From an uncultured Solirubrobacterales bacterium (GTDB taxonomy: Bacteria; Actinomycetota; Thermoleophilia; Solirubrobacterales; 70-9), in the NCBI GenBank assembly GCA_963767285.1, contig CAVYDJ010000003.1:365049-429048 (forward strand): a stretch of DNA of 64,000 bases, read 5' to 3'. Shown piece by piece: positions 17,320 to 26,314 of this stretch; position 1 is the stretch's first letter; each line of letters opens with the position of its first letter. The notes beneath the pieces were generated by a model, which searched no databases, had not been told where the DNA came from, and saw only the letters and a list, made by a program, of their open reading frames with translations. Made by a program: the position numbers and the translations under genes.

Positions 17320-19325
17320 CAGTTGCTCACCGCCAGGAAGTAGACGCCGAGCGCCGCGAAGCCCCCGACGAGGAGTAGCGCGTAGGCGCGCACCAGACCG
17401 GACTGGGCGCCGCGGACGACCGAGCCGGCGCCCTTGACGACCCCGGTTGCGGCGCCGACGATCCCGTTGACGACGACCCGCTCGATGACCGCGTTGGCAA
17501 AGCGCCCGGTCGCGATCGCCGGCCGGTAGATCAGCGCGTCGATTACCTCGTCGAAGTACCACTTGTTGAGGAGGAAGCCGTGCAGGCGGCGGTACCGCTC
17601 GGCCATCCGCACCGTGACCCCGGGCCGCCGCACGTAGCAGTGGTAGGCGAACGCGATCCCGATGATCGAGATCGTGCCGCCGACGAGCAACCCGATCCAG
17701 GAGTCCGCGGTCGACGGCTCCTGGTGGTAGAGAGTCGAGCTCTCGAACGTCCCCGCGAGGAAAGTGGTGACGACGTGATCGACGCCCGGGACCTGCAGGA
17801 GGCCGGCGAACAGGGCGCCGAAGCCGAGGATCCCCATCGCGACCCGCATCGGCCATTCGCGCTCGGCGATGTGGTGCTCCTCACCTGGGAACCCGACGTC
17901 GACGTCTTCGGCCTCGCCGGTGTGCGGGTTGGTCGGCTCGGCGTGGTGCATGTGCCCCTGCTCGAGCTCCTCGGCCTCCTTGCACGGTTTACCGGCGGTG
18001 ACCCGGAAGCCGATCCGGAACGCGTAGAAGGCGGTCATCAGCGCCCCGATGTAGCCGCCGATCGCGAAGATCCAGTACATGCCGCCGCGGTTGGCGGCGA
18101 AGGCGAGGATCTCGTCCTTGGAGAAGAAGCCGGACGTCCCCGGGAAGGCCGCCAGCGCGAGGCAGCCGACCAGCAGCAGGGCCGACGTGAACGGCAGCGC
18201 CTTGCGGAAGCCGCTCATGTCGTCGACGTTCTGGTTGTTGGCCATCGCCGAGATCACCGAGCCGGCGGCCATGAACAACAGCGCCTTGAAGAAGGCGTGT
18301 GCCATCAGCATGAACAGGCCGCCGACGTAGGCGCCGATCGCGACGCCCATGATCATGTAGCCGATCTGGCTCATCGTGGAGTAGGCGATGATCCGCTTCA
18401 GGTCGGTGACCGCGAGCGCAATCGTCGCCGCGATCAACAGCGTCGCGAGGCCGACGAAGGCGGCGATGTCCGCGGCGGTCGGCGCGAGCTCGAAGAGCGG
18501 GAACATGCGGGCGATCAGATAGACGCCGGCGGTGACCATCGTCGCGGCGTGGATCAGCGCCGAGACCGGCGTCGGGCCCTCCATCGCGTCCGGGAGCCAG
18601 GTGTGGAACGGGACCTGGGCGGACTTCGCGAACGCGCCGACGCAGATCAGCAGGCAGATCGCGACCACCACGCCCTGGTTGGGGGAGAAGGTCTCACGGG
18701 CGGCGTCGAACGACGCCAGGTAGTCGAACGTCCCGAGCTCGCGGAAGACGAAGAAGGCGGCGAGCACGAGGCCGATGTCGCCGACGACGTTGATCACGAA
18801 CGCCTTCATGCCCGCCTTGGTCGCGGTCTCGCGCCGGTACCAGAAGCTGATCAGCGCGTAGGAGGCGAAGCCGACGAAGGCCCAGCCGACGATCAGCAGC
18901 ACGAAGTTGCCGGCCAGGATCAGCAGCAGCATCGAGAAGACGAAGAAGTTGAGGTAGGAGAAGAACCGCGCGTAGCCGCGGTCCGAGCCCATGTAGGCGA
19001 GCGAGTAGAGGTGGATCAGGGTCGAGATCCCCGTGACCACCAGGCACATGTAGACCGACAGCGGGTCCACCAGGATGTTGAGCTGGATGTCGAGCCCGCC
19101 CGCGGAGGCGTAGCTGTAGAGCGAGTCGGTGAGCTGGCGCTCCTCGACGGGGTGGTCGAGCAGCGCCAGCAGCGCGCCGATTGAGCAGGCGAAGGCGAGC
19201 GCGATCGCGCCGGTCCCGATCCAGGCAGGCGTGCGGCCCGGCATCGCGGCGCGGCCGAAGGCGATCAACATGCTGCCCGCGAGCGGGAGGACCAGCACGA
19301 GCCAGCCCCAGGTCGTCGCGCTCAT
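17319..19325 (-). CDS. nuoL: NADH-quinone oxidoreductase subunit L
   Basis: 668 aa. MSATTWGWLVLVLPLAGS..., an antiporter-like subunit with the long C-terminal lateral-helix region. Confidence 0.92.
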   Translation of the reverse strand: MSATTWGWLVLVLPLAGSMLIAFGRAAMPGRTPAWIGTGAIALAFACSIGALLALLDHPVEERQLTDSLYSYASAGGLDIQLNILVDPLSVYMCLVVTGISTLIHLYSLAYMGSDRGYARFFSYLNFFVFSMLLLILAGNFVLLIVGWAFVGFASYALISFWYRRETATKAGMKAFVINVVGDIGLVLAAFFVFRELGTFDYLASFDAARETFSPNQGVVVAICLLICVGAFAKSAQVPFHTWLPDAMEGPTPVSALIHAATMVTAGVYLIARMFPLFELAPTAADIAAFVGLATLLIAATIALAVTDLKRIIAYSTMSQIGYMIMGVAIGAYVGGLFMLMAHAFFKALLFMAAGSVISAMANNQNVDDMSGFRKALPFTSALLLVGCLALAAFPGTSGFFSKDEILAFAANRGGMYWIFAIGGYIGALMTAFYAFRIGFRVTAGKPCKEAEELEQGHMHHAEPTNPHTGEAEDVDVGFPGEEHHIAEREWPMRVAMGILGFGALFAGLLQVPGVDHVVTTFLAGTFESSTLYHQEPSTADSWIGLLVGGTISIIGIAFAYHCYVRRPGVTVRMAERYRRLHGFLLNKWYFDEVIDALIYRPAIATGRFANAVIERVVVNGIVGAATGVVKGAGSVVRGAQSGLVRAYALLLVGGFAALGVYFLAVSN

Positions 19326-19621
19326 CCCTTCAGCTCCCGGATCTCGTCGACGTCGAGGGCGATCTGGCGGCGGAACATGGCGACGATCAGGCCGAGCCCG
19401 ACGACCACCTCACAGGCCGCGACGACCATCACGATCAGCGCGAAGATCTGGCCCTCCTGGTTGCCGTTCGAGCGCGCGAAGGCGACCAGGGCGAGGTTGC
19501 CGGCGTTCAGCATCAGCTCGAGGCAGAGCAGGATCACCAGCGGGCTGCGCCGCAGGAGCACCCCGCACGCGCCGGTGGCGAAGAGGAGCGCTGAGAGGAC
19601 GAGGTACCAGGAGGTATCCAT
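19322..19621 (-). CDS. nuoK: NADH-quinone oxidoreductase subunit K
   Basis: 99 aa MDTSWYLVLSALLFATGACGVLLRRSPLVILLCLELMLNAGNLALVAF. The ORF extension to 19942 overlaps nuoJ. Confidence 0.9.
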   Translation of the reverse strand: MDTSWYLVLSALLFATGACGVLLRRSPLVILLCLELMLNAGNLALVAFARSNGNQEGQIFALIVMVVAACEVVVGLGLIVAMFRRQIALDVDEIRELKG

Positions 19622-19623
19622 GA

Positions 19624-20187
19624 TCAGCCGGCCTCGCCCGAGTCGACACCCGGCACGCCCGGAGGCGAAGCTGAGGACGTGGCCGGTTTGTTCCGGCCCG
19701 CGAGCACGATCGCGCCGACGGCGGCGATCAGCAGCAGCATGGAGGCGGCCTCGAAGGCGACCAGGAAGCGCTCGAGCAGGAGCCGCCCGATCTCGCCCGG
19801 CGAGCCGAAGCCGGCCGGGATCACCGGGCCCTCGGTCTCGATCGACACGAGCGAGGTGCCGACGACGGCGATCGAGACCTCCACAAACAGGGCGGCAGCC
19901 AGCAATGGGGCGAGGAAGCGCTGCCCCGGGATCGGCTCCCACAGCGGCTCCTCGATCCCGCCGACGTAGGCGGCGACGAACAGGTAGAGGACCATGACCG
20001 CACCGGCATAGACGACGATCTGCGCCGCCGCCAGGAACTCCGCGTGCAGGAGCAGGAACAGCCCGGCCAGCGAGATCAGGTGGACGATCAGCGCCAGCAC
20101 GCTGTAGAAGGGATTGCGAAGCGCGATCACCGCGATCGCGCCGCCAAGCGCACCAATCGCCCCGGCGAAGAACGCCACTTGAACCAC
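19624..20187 (-). CDS. nuoJ: NADH-quinone oxidoreductase subunit J (C-terminal tail encoded by repeat copy A)
   Basis: GTG start 20187. MVQVAFFAGAIGALGGAIAVIALRNPFYSVLALIVHL. Tail is GRNKPATSSASPPGVPGVDSGEAG. Confidence 0.9.
   Translation of the reverse strand: MVQVAFFAGAIGALGGAIAVIALRNPFYSVLALIVHLISLAGLFLLLHAEFLAAAQIVVYAGAVMVLYLFVAAYVGGIEEPLWEPIPGQRFLAPLLAAALFVEVSIAVVGTSLVSIETEGPVIPAGFGSPGEIGRLLLERFLVAFEAASMLLLIAAVGAIVLAGRNKPATSSASPPGVPGVDSGEAG
19647..19694 (-). repeat. nuo-operon repeat, copy A (in frame in the nuoJ 3' end)
   Basis: Minus strand reads GGAACAAACCGGCCACGTCCTCAGCTTCGCCTCCGGGCGTGCCGGGTG. Confidence 0.8.
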
Positions 20188-20229
20188 TACGCGGCCACCT
20201 CCTCGGCTTCGCCTGCGGGGGTGCCGCGG
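20181..20229 (+). repeat. nuo-operon repeat, copy D (nuoI-nuoJ spacer, includes the nuoJ SD and start)
   Basis: Plus strand reads GAACCACTACGCGGCCACCTCCTCGGCTTCGCCTGCGGGGGTGCCGCGG. Confidence 0.8.
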
Positions 20230-20249
20230 TTAGCCGGCGAGCTGCTCAC

Positions 20250-20810
20250 TCACTCCCCTTCCCGCCGCAGGGGGTTGCGCTCGAGCGGCTCGGCGAGCAG
20301 CATCTCCTTGGTGAAGATCAGGTCGCCACGGTCGTAGTCGGCCATCTCGTACTCGTGGCCCATCGTGATCGCGTCGAACGGGCAGGCGACCTCGCAGTAG
20401 CCGCAGAAGATGCAGCGGGCGAGGTTGATCTCATAGACGGCGGCGTAGCGCTCGCCGGCCGAGACGCGATCGGCCGGGTCGTTCTCGGCGGCGACGACCC
20501 GGATGCAGTCCGCCGGGCAGGCCGCGGCGCACAGCGAGCAGCCGACGCACTTCTCCAGGTCCGTGTCCTCGAACTTGTGCAGCTTGTGGCGGCCGCGGAA
20601 GCGCGGGTAGACCGGCGTCTTCTCCTCCGGGTACTGGATCGTCATCGGGCCTTCGAAGACGCGCGCCAGCGTCGTCTTCAGGCCGCGCAGGGTCTCACCG
20701 AAGGCGCGGTAGGCGCCCTTCGCGCCGCCGGGCTCCGGCCCGCGCTGGACCGAGACGACCTCGTCGGCGTCCTTCAGATAGGGGAACTCGGACTTGGCTT
20801 CTTCGCTCAT
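20250..20810 (-). CDS. nuoI: NADH-quinone oxidoreductase subunit I (2x[4Fe-4S] ferredoxin)
   Basis: ATG 20810 overlaps the nuoH stop (ATGA). [12 protein letters not shown] and [12 protein letters not shown] cluster motifs. Confidence 0.92.
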   Translation of the reverse strand: MSEEAKSEFPYLKDADEVVSVQRGPEPGGAKGAYRAFGETLRGLKTTLARVFEGPMTIQYPEEKTPVYPRFRGRHKLHKFEDTDLEKCVGCSLCAAACPADCIRVVAAENDPADRVSAGERYAAVYEINLARCIFCGYCEVACPFDAITMGHEYEMADYDRGDLIFTKEMLLAEPLERNPLRREGE

Positions 20811-21805
20811 GCCACCACCACCAGCACCGCCGTGACGAGGATGTTCAGGGTCGCCAGCGGCAGCAGCACCTTCCAGCCGAGGCTCATCAGCTGGTCGTAG
20901 CGCAGCCGGGGCAGGGTCGCGCGGACCCAGATGAAGACGACGATCAGGGCGAAGATCTTGGCCAGCATCCAGATCGGGTCGAGCCACTCGGGACCGGGGC
21001 CCATCCAGCCGCCGAGGAAGAAGGCGACCGCGATCCCCGAGATGACGAAGATCTCCAGGTACTCGGCGAGCAGGAAGGAGGCGAAGCGGGTGCCGCCGTA
21101 CTCGGTCTGGTACCCCTGAACCAGCTCCGCGTCCGCCTCGGGCAGGTCGAACGGAGTGCGGTTGCTCTCCGCGAACCCGGCGAGCATGAAGACGATGAAG
21201 CCGACGAACTGGGGGATGATGTTCCAGACCTCGCCCTGGGCCTCGACGATCGAGACCAGCGAGAGCGAGCCGGACATCAGGATCACGCCGAACAGCGAGA
21301 GCCCCATCGCGACCTCGTAGGAGATCAGCTGGGCGGCGCCCCGCATCGCGCCGAGGAAGCTGTATTTCGAGCCCGATGACCAGCCGGCGATCAGCAGGCC
21401 GTAGAAGGCGAACGAGCCGAACGCGAAGAAGTAGAGGACGCCGATCGGGACGTCGATCCCATACCAGCCGACCCCGTCGTGGACGTCGCCGAAGGGCAGG
21501 ATCGCGATCGTCGTGATCCCGGAGAAGATCACCAGCGCCGGCCCGAGCGCGTAGAGGAACGGGATCGCCGCGTCGGGGCGGAAGAACTGCTTGCCGGCCA
21601 GCTTGATGATGTCGGCGAGCGGTTGCATCAGCCCGACCGGCCCGACCCGGTTGGGCCCGTAGCGGTGCTGGAAGCGGCCGATCGCCTTGCGCTCGACCAC
21701 CGTCAGGACCGGGACGATCATGAACACGACCAGGAAGATCAGGATCGACTTCACGACCATGATCCAGGTCGCCTCGGTGAAGCTGGTGTCGGCGAGGGGA
21801 ATCAC
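20807..21805 (-). CDS. nuoH: NADH-quinone oxidoreductase subunit H
   Basis: GTG 21805 overlaps the nuoG stop (GTGA). [29 protein letters not shown] signature. Confidence 0.92.
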   Translation of the reverse strand: MIPLADTSFTEATWIMVVKSILIFLVVFMIVPVLTVVERKAIGRFQHRYGPNRVGPVGLMQPLADIIKLAGKQFFRPDAAIPFLYALGPALVIFSGITTIAILPFGDVHDGVGWYGIDVPIGVLYFFAFGSFAFYGLLIAGWSSGSKYSFLGAMRGAAQLISYEVAMGLSLFGVILMSGSLSLVSIVEAQGEVWNIIPQFVGFIVFMLAGFAESNRTPFDLPEADAELVQGYQTEYGGTRFASFLLAEYLEIFVISGIAVAFFLGGWMGPGPEWLDPIWMLAKIFALIVVFIWVRATLPRLRYDQLMSLGWKVLLPLATLNILVTAVLVVVA

Positions 21806-21847
21806 GGCCCGGCCACCTCCTCGGCTCCGCCTGCGGGGGTGCCGGGG
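21798..21847 (+). repeat. nuo-operon repeat, copy E (encodes the last 14 aa of NuoG; includes the nuoH SD and start)
   Basis: Plus strand reads GGAATCACGGCCCGGCCACCTCCTCGGCTCCGCCTGCGGGGGTGCCGGGG. Confidence 0.8.
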
Positions 21848-24270
21848 TCAGCCGAGATTCGAGTGATCTCCACCGTTTCCGCGCCGTTGAAGACGTTCGC
21901 GTTGTGCTGCGCGGTGCCCTCGATCAGGAAGGCCGCGCCGGGTCGAATGCGCTCGCGGAGGGTGACCCGTGCACGAACGCTCGTCCCGTTCGAGCGCACG
22001 TTGACCTCGTCGCCGTTGGCGAGGCCGAGCTTCTTCGCGTCCGAAGGTGCCAGCTCCACCCGCTGCTCGGGTGCGAGGAACTTCAGCGCCACATTGCGGT
22101 CGGTGACCTCGTTCGCCCACAGGTCGCGATACGTCCCGAGGCGCAGGCCCCCATTCGCGGACGGCGCGGCGACGGTCGCCGGCGTCTCGGTCTCAGGCGG
22201 CTTGAACGACGACGCCGCATCCCGGTCCTGCCAGCGGACTCCGGTGCCGCCGATCTCCTTGGGGTTCAGGCCGCCGTAGAACGGGACCTCATTGGCGATC
22301 GCTTCGAGTGCCTCGGGGGCCGAGTCGATCTCGGTTTCGTCGCCGAGGCGGGCGCTGAGCTCGGCAAGGACCTGCCAGATCGGGCGGACCTCGCCGGGGC
22401 GGGGGACGGAGGGCCGGAGGCGCTGGAGGCGGCCGTCCGGGTGGGTGACCGTGCCCTCCTTCTCGGCGTAGGCCTCGGCGGGGAACACGATGTCCGCCGC
22501 CTTCGTGGAGGCGTCCTCGAAGCTCGAGATCGCGATCACGGTGCGGGCCTGGTTCAGCGCCTTCGCCCAGCCCGGACCGTCGGGGAGGTCGCGGATCGGA
22601 TCGGCCTGCAGCAGGATGACGCCGTCGAGCTCGCCGGAGGCGAGGCCCTGCTTGATCGCTTCGAGGTCGTCGCCGGAGCCCGCGGCGGTGAGCCCGGGAC
22701 CGGCGCCGGGGACACAGCCGACCTCGCGGATTCCGCGGGCGTTGGCGCCGTCGGGGACGGAGAAGACGCCGCCGCCCGCTCCGGCGCACTTGAGCTCGGC
22801 GGCGCAGTTGCGTAGCGCGTTAAGGGCGCCTTCGCCGTTCGGTCCGCGGCCGATCCGCTCGCCCCAGATGATCAGCGTCCTGCCCGGGCGCAGCTCGCCG
22901 GCGAGGCGCTCGGCGTCCCCCACATAATCGCCCCGCACGCCCGGAGCCGAAGGCGAGGACGTGGCGGGAGTTGTTCCGTGGCTGAGCTGCGCGGCTAGTG
23001 CAGCCAGGAACGCCGCCGCTTCGCCGGGGGCGTAGCGGGCGGTCTCCTCGGCGCCGCCGTCAAGCGCCGTCGGGCGGTCCGAGGCGATCACCAGACGCAG
23101 CTGGTGGTGGCGAACCGCCTTGCGCAGCCGCAGATCCAGGATCGGCATCGAGTTCAGCGGGTCGGCTCCGATCAACAGCACCGATTCGACCTCGTCGATC
23201 GCGGCGATCGGGGCCCCGAGCTCGGGTGAGGAGAGCGCCGCCAGCGGCCCGGCCGGGAGCTCGTCGATCGCCGTTGCGTTGCCACCGGCGATCCGCTGCA
23301 CCAGGTACGCCTCCTCGTTGGAGGCCGGGCCGCCGGCGATCGCGGCGATCCGGCCGGCGCCGAGCTTCGCCGCGGCGACCTCGAGCGCCTGCTCCCAGCC
23401 GGCCTTGTTTCCCGCGATTCGCGGCTCGATGATCCGGTCCTCGGAGGAGATCATCTGGAAGCCGAAGCGGCCCTTGTCGCAGAGCCAGCCGTTGTCGACC
23501 TCGTGGTTGTCACGCGCCAGGACGCGCTGGACCCGCTCGTCGCGGACCGTGAACTTGACGTTGCATTGGCTCGGGCACAGCGTGCAGATCGAGCCCGCGT
23601 CCTCGATGTCCCAGGGCCGGGCGCGGAACCGGTAGGCCTCGGCGGTGAGGGCGCCGACGGGACAGAGCTCGATGATGTTGCCGTGGAAGGGGGCGATGTA
23701 GGGGCGGTCGTTGAAGGTGCCTACATAGCTGTTCGACCCCCGCTCGAGCAGCTGCAGCTGCTCGTCCTCGGCAACCTCCTGGCTGAAGCGCACGCAGCGG
23801 TAGCAGAGGATGCAGCGCTCGCGGTCGATCCGGACCAGCGGCGAGAGCGGCACCGGCTTGCGGAAGTGGCGTTTCGGGTCCGTGACCCGGCTGCGGCCCG
23901 GCCCCCAGCCCATCGCGATGTCCTGCAGGGGGCACTCGCCGCCCTTGTCGCAAACCGGGCAGTCGAGCGGGTGGTTGACGAGCAGGAACTCGACCACCGC
24001 GTTCTGGGCCTCGATCACCCGGTCGGTGCGGGTGTAGACGACCATCCCGTCGCGCACCGGGGTCGAGCAGGCGGTCTGGAGCTTGGGGATCCCCTCGATC
24101 TCGACCAGGCACATCCGGCAGGCCCCGACCGGCCCGCCGAGCTTCGGCTCGTAACAGAAGACCGGGATCTCGACGTCGCCGCCCTTCGCGGCGTCGACGA
24201 GCATCTCGCCCTCGGGGGCGTTCACCTCGACGCCGTCGACGACGAGCGTGATCTCGGGCCGCTCGGTCAT
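21802..24270 (-). CDS. nuoG: NADH-quinone oxidoreductase subunit G (contains repeat copies C and E in frame)
   Basis: ATG 24270 overlaps the nuoF stop (ATGA). N-terminal 2Fe-2S/4Fe-4S motifs ([37 protein letters not shown]). 822 aa. Confidence 0.92.
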   Translation of the reverse strand: MTERPEITLVVDGVEVNAPEGEMLVDAAKGGDVEIPVFCYEPKLGGPVGACRMCLVEIEGIPKLQTACSTPVRDGMVVYTRTDRVIEAQNAVVEFLLVNHPLDCPVCDKGGECPLQDIAMGWGPGRSRVTDPKRHFRKPVPLSPLVRIDRERCILCYRCVRFSQEVAEDEQLQLLERGSNSYVGTFNDRPYIAPFHGNIIELCPVGALTAEAYRFRARPWDIEDAGSICTLCPSQCNVKFTVRDERVQRVLARDNHEVDNGWLCDKGRFGFQMISSEDRIIEPRIAGNKAGWEQALEVAAAKLGAGRIAAIAGGPASNEEAYLVQRIAGGNATAIDELPAGPLAALSSPELGAPIAAIDEVESVLLIGADPLNSMPILDLRLRKAVRHHQLRLVIASDRPTALDGGAEETARYAPGEAAAFLAALAAQLSHGTTPATSSPSAPGVRGDYVGDAERLAGELRPGRTLIIWGERIGRGPNGEGALNALRNCAAELKCAGAGGGVFSVPDGANARGIREVGCVPGAGPGLTAAGSGDDLEAIKQGLASGELDGVILLQADPIRDLPDGPGWAKALNQARTVIAISSFEDASTKAADIVFPAEAYAEKEGTVTHPDGRLQRLRPSVPRPGEVRPIWQVLAELSARLGDETEIDSAPEALEAIANEVPFYGGLNPKEIGGTGVRWQDRDAASSFKPPETETPATVAAPSANGGLRLGTYRDLWANEVTDRNVALKFLAPEQRVELAPSDAKKLGLANGDEVNVRSNGTSVRARVTLRERIRPGAAFLIEGTAQHNANVFNGAETVEITRISADPGTPAGGAEEVAGP
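22931..22977 (-). repeat. nuo-operon repeat, copy C (in-frame insertion inside nuoG)
   Basis: Minus strand reads GGAACAACTCCCGCCACGTCCTCGCCTTCGGCTCCGGGCGTGCGGGG. Confidence 0.8.
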
Positions 24271-25532
24271 GCCGCCAGGACCTCCGGCTGCTCCATGGCT
24301 TCCTCGAACTCCGAGCGGAACTTCTTCACCATCGCGCCGACCGGCATCGCCATCGAGTCGCCGAGCACGCAGAGGCAGTTGCCGATGATGTTCTCCTGCA
24401 CGCCGGCGACGACCTCGAGGTCGATCGGCGTCGCCTCGCCGCGGGTGATCCGCTCCAGCATCTTCACCGTCCAGTTGGTGCCCTCCCGGCAGGGAGTGCA
24501 CTTCCCGCAGGATTCGTGGTGGTAGAAGCGCGCCGTGCGCAGCGCAAGCTTGGGGATCGAGACGGTGTCGTCGGCGACGATGATCGACCCCGAGCCGAGC
24601 ATCGAGCCGGCCTCGGCCATCGCCTCGAAGCTGTAGGGCAGGTCGAGCTCGGCCTCGGTCAGGACGGGCGACGACGAGCCGCCCGGGAACCAGGCCTTCA
24701 CCCGCCGGCCCTCGGGCAGGCCGCCCGCGAGGTCGAAGATGATCTCCCGCGAGGGGACCCCGAGCTCGACCTCGTAGTTGCCGGGCCGCTCCACGCAGCC
24801 GGAGATCGAGACGACCTTCGTGCCCGGCGACTGTTCGGTGCCGAATCCCTTGAACCAGTTCGAGCCGTTGTTGACGATGTGGGGCAGGTTCGAGAGCGTC
24901 TCGACGTTGTTGATCAGCGTCGGGCCGCCGTACAGGCCCTGGATCGCCGGGAACGGCGGCTTCAGCCGAGGGTTGCCGCGCTTGCCCTCGAGCGCGTCGA
25001 GCAGCGCCGTCTCCTCGCCGCAGATGTAGGCGCCGGCGCCGCGGTGGACGACCAGCTCCACCCTGGTCCGGGCGCCGAGGATGTTGGGCCCGAGGTAGTC
25101 GGCCTCGTACGCCTCGGCGACGGCGCGGTCGAGGATGTCAGCGATCTCCCAGTACTCGCCGCGGATGAAGATGAACGCGTGCTGGGCGCCGACCGCGATC
25201 GCCGCGATCGCGACGCCTTCGATCAGCTGATGGGGGTTCTTCATCATCAGCTCGCGGTCCTTGAAGGCGCCGGGCTCCGACTCGTCGGCGTTGCAGCAGA
25301 CGTACTTCGCCATCTCGCCGCGCGGCAGGAAGGAGCCCTTCTTGCCCATCGAGAAGCCGGCGCCGCCGCGCCCGCGCAGGCCAGAGTCCTCGAACCCGGC
25401 GATCAGGTCGCCGGGCTCGAGCTCCCTGACCGCGCGCTCCAGCGCCTTGTAGCCGCCGAGCTCGCGGTAGCGATCGATCGACGCCAGCTCCGGGTCGTCG
25501 ATATGGCGGAAGAGGAGCCGCGTTTCAGGCAA
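24267..25532 (-). CDS. nuoF: NADH-quinone oxidoreductase subunit F (NADH/FMN-binding)
   Basis: GLRGRGGAGFSMGKK, the FMN/NADH motifs, and ESCGKCTPCREG 4Fe-4S motif. Confidence 0.93.
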   Translation of the reverse strand: MPETRLLFRHIDDPELASIDRYRELGGYKALERAVRELEPGDLIAGFEDSGLRGRGGAGFSMGKKGSFLPRGEMAKYVCCNADESEPGAFKDRELMMKNPHQLIEGVAIAAIAVGAQHAFIFIRGEYWEIADILDRAVAEAYEADYLGPNILGARTRVELVVHRGAGAYICGEETALLDALEGKRGNPRLKPPFPAIQGLYGGPTLINNVETLSNLPHIVNNGSNWFKGFGTEQSPGTKVVSISGCVERPGNYEVELGVPSREIIFDLAGGLPEGRRVKAWFPGGSSSPVLTEAELDLPYSFEAMAEAGSMLGSGSIIVADDTVSIPKLALRTARFYHHESCGKCTPCREGTNWTVKMLERITRGEATPIDLEVVAGVQENIIGNCLCVLGDSMAMPVGAMVKKFRSEFEEAMEQPEVLAA

Positions 25533-26250
25533 CGTCCGTCCCCTCCATCCGCGGGTCGGGATCGGGCTCCGCGCCCCCCGCCGCCGGGCGCCTGCTGAGC
25601 GCCTTCTCGTCCGGCGGCGGATTGCCGGCGCGCAGGGCGTCGATTGCGGCGACCGCGTCGGCCGCGTCCAGCGGCCCGTAGTAGCGCTCGTCGATCGAGA
25701 CCATCGGCGCCAGGTCGCATGCGCCCAGGCACTCGAAGCCCTTGACGAAGAACTCGCCGTCCGCCGAGCTGGCCCCGTGGTGGGCGGCCTCGTGGTGGTC
25801 GGCGCCGGCCGCCTCGCAGAACGACTCCAGCAGCTCGTCGCCGCCGTTCATCCAGCAGGAGATGTTGGTGCAGACCAGGACCCGGTGGCGGCCGACCGGC
25901 TGAGTGGCGAACAGGTCGTAAAACGAGGCGACCGACTCCAGGTAGGCGGGGGTGACTCCCATCACCGCGGCGGCCTGGCGGATCCCGTCCGGCGTGCACC
26001 AGCCGTAGTGGCGCTGGACCGCCCACAGCGCCGGGATCGACGCCGAGCGCAGCTGCGGGTAGCGCGACATCGCCGACTCGATCTGCTCCTGGAGCTCCGG
26101 CGGGATGTCGACCTCGTGCAGCTCCGGCACTCCCTCGGCGTCGGAGGGGCGCATGGAGGCGATCAGCCGCTTGCGCTCCTCGGCGGTGAGGTCGTCCGTC
26201 GGCTCGAGCAATGAGAGCTCGGGCTGCTCAGAGGTCACGTCCTCGACCAC
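25525..26250 (-). CDS. nuoE: NADH-quinone oxidoreductase subunit E (2Fe-2S)
   Basis: VCTNISCWMNG...ECLGACDLAPM thioredoxin-like 2Fe-2S motif. GTG start 26250. Confidence 0.9.
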   Translation of the reverse strand: MVEDVTSEQPELSLLEPTDDLTAEERKRLIASMRPSDAEGVPELHEVDIPPELQEQIESAMSRYPQLRSASIPALWAVQRHYGWCTPDGIRQAAAVMGVTPAYLESVASFYDLFATQPVGRHRVLVCTNISCWMNGGDELLESFCEAAGADHHEAAHHGASSADGEFFVKGFECLGACDLAPMVSIDERYYGPLDAADAVAAIDALRAGNPPPDEKALSRRPAAGGAEPDPDPRMEGTDVA

Positions 26251-26313
26251 CGCGCACGCCCGGAGGCGAAGCCGAGGACGTGGCGCGAGTTATTCACGTG
26301 GCGCGAGATATTC
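26250..26313 (-). repeat. nuo-operon repeat, copy B (nuoD-nuoE spacer) with an 18-nt internal tandem duplication
   Basis: Minus strand reads GAATATCTCGCGCCACGT GAATAACTCGCGCCACGTCCTCGGCTTCGCCTCCGGGCGTGCGCGG. Confidence 0.8.
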
Positions 26314-26314
26314 C

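Noticed and set aside
15826-17856. Long N-terminal extensions of nuo ORFs in the track: nuoM to 17856, nuoG to 24501, nuoD to 28084, nuoI to 20987, nuoK to 19942, nuoB to 29219, nuoC to 28248
   Set aside because: The extensions overlap the preceding nuo gene in another frame. The conserved N-termini begin at internal ATG/GTG codons that form stop/start overlaps (TGATG, ATGA, GTGA, TAGTG).
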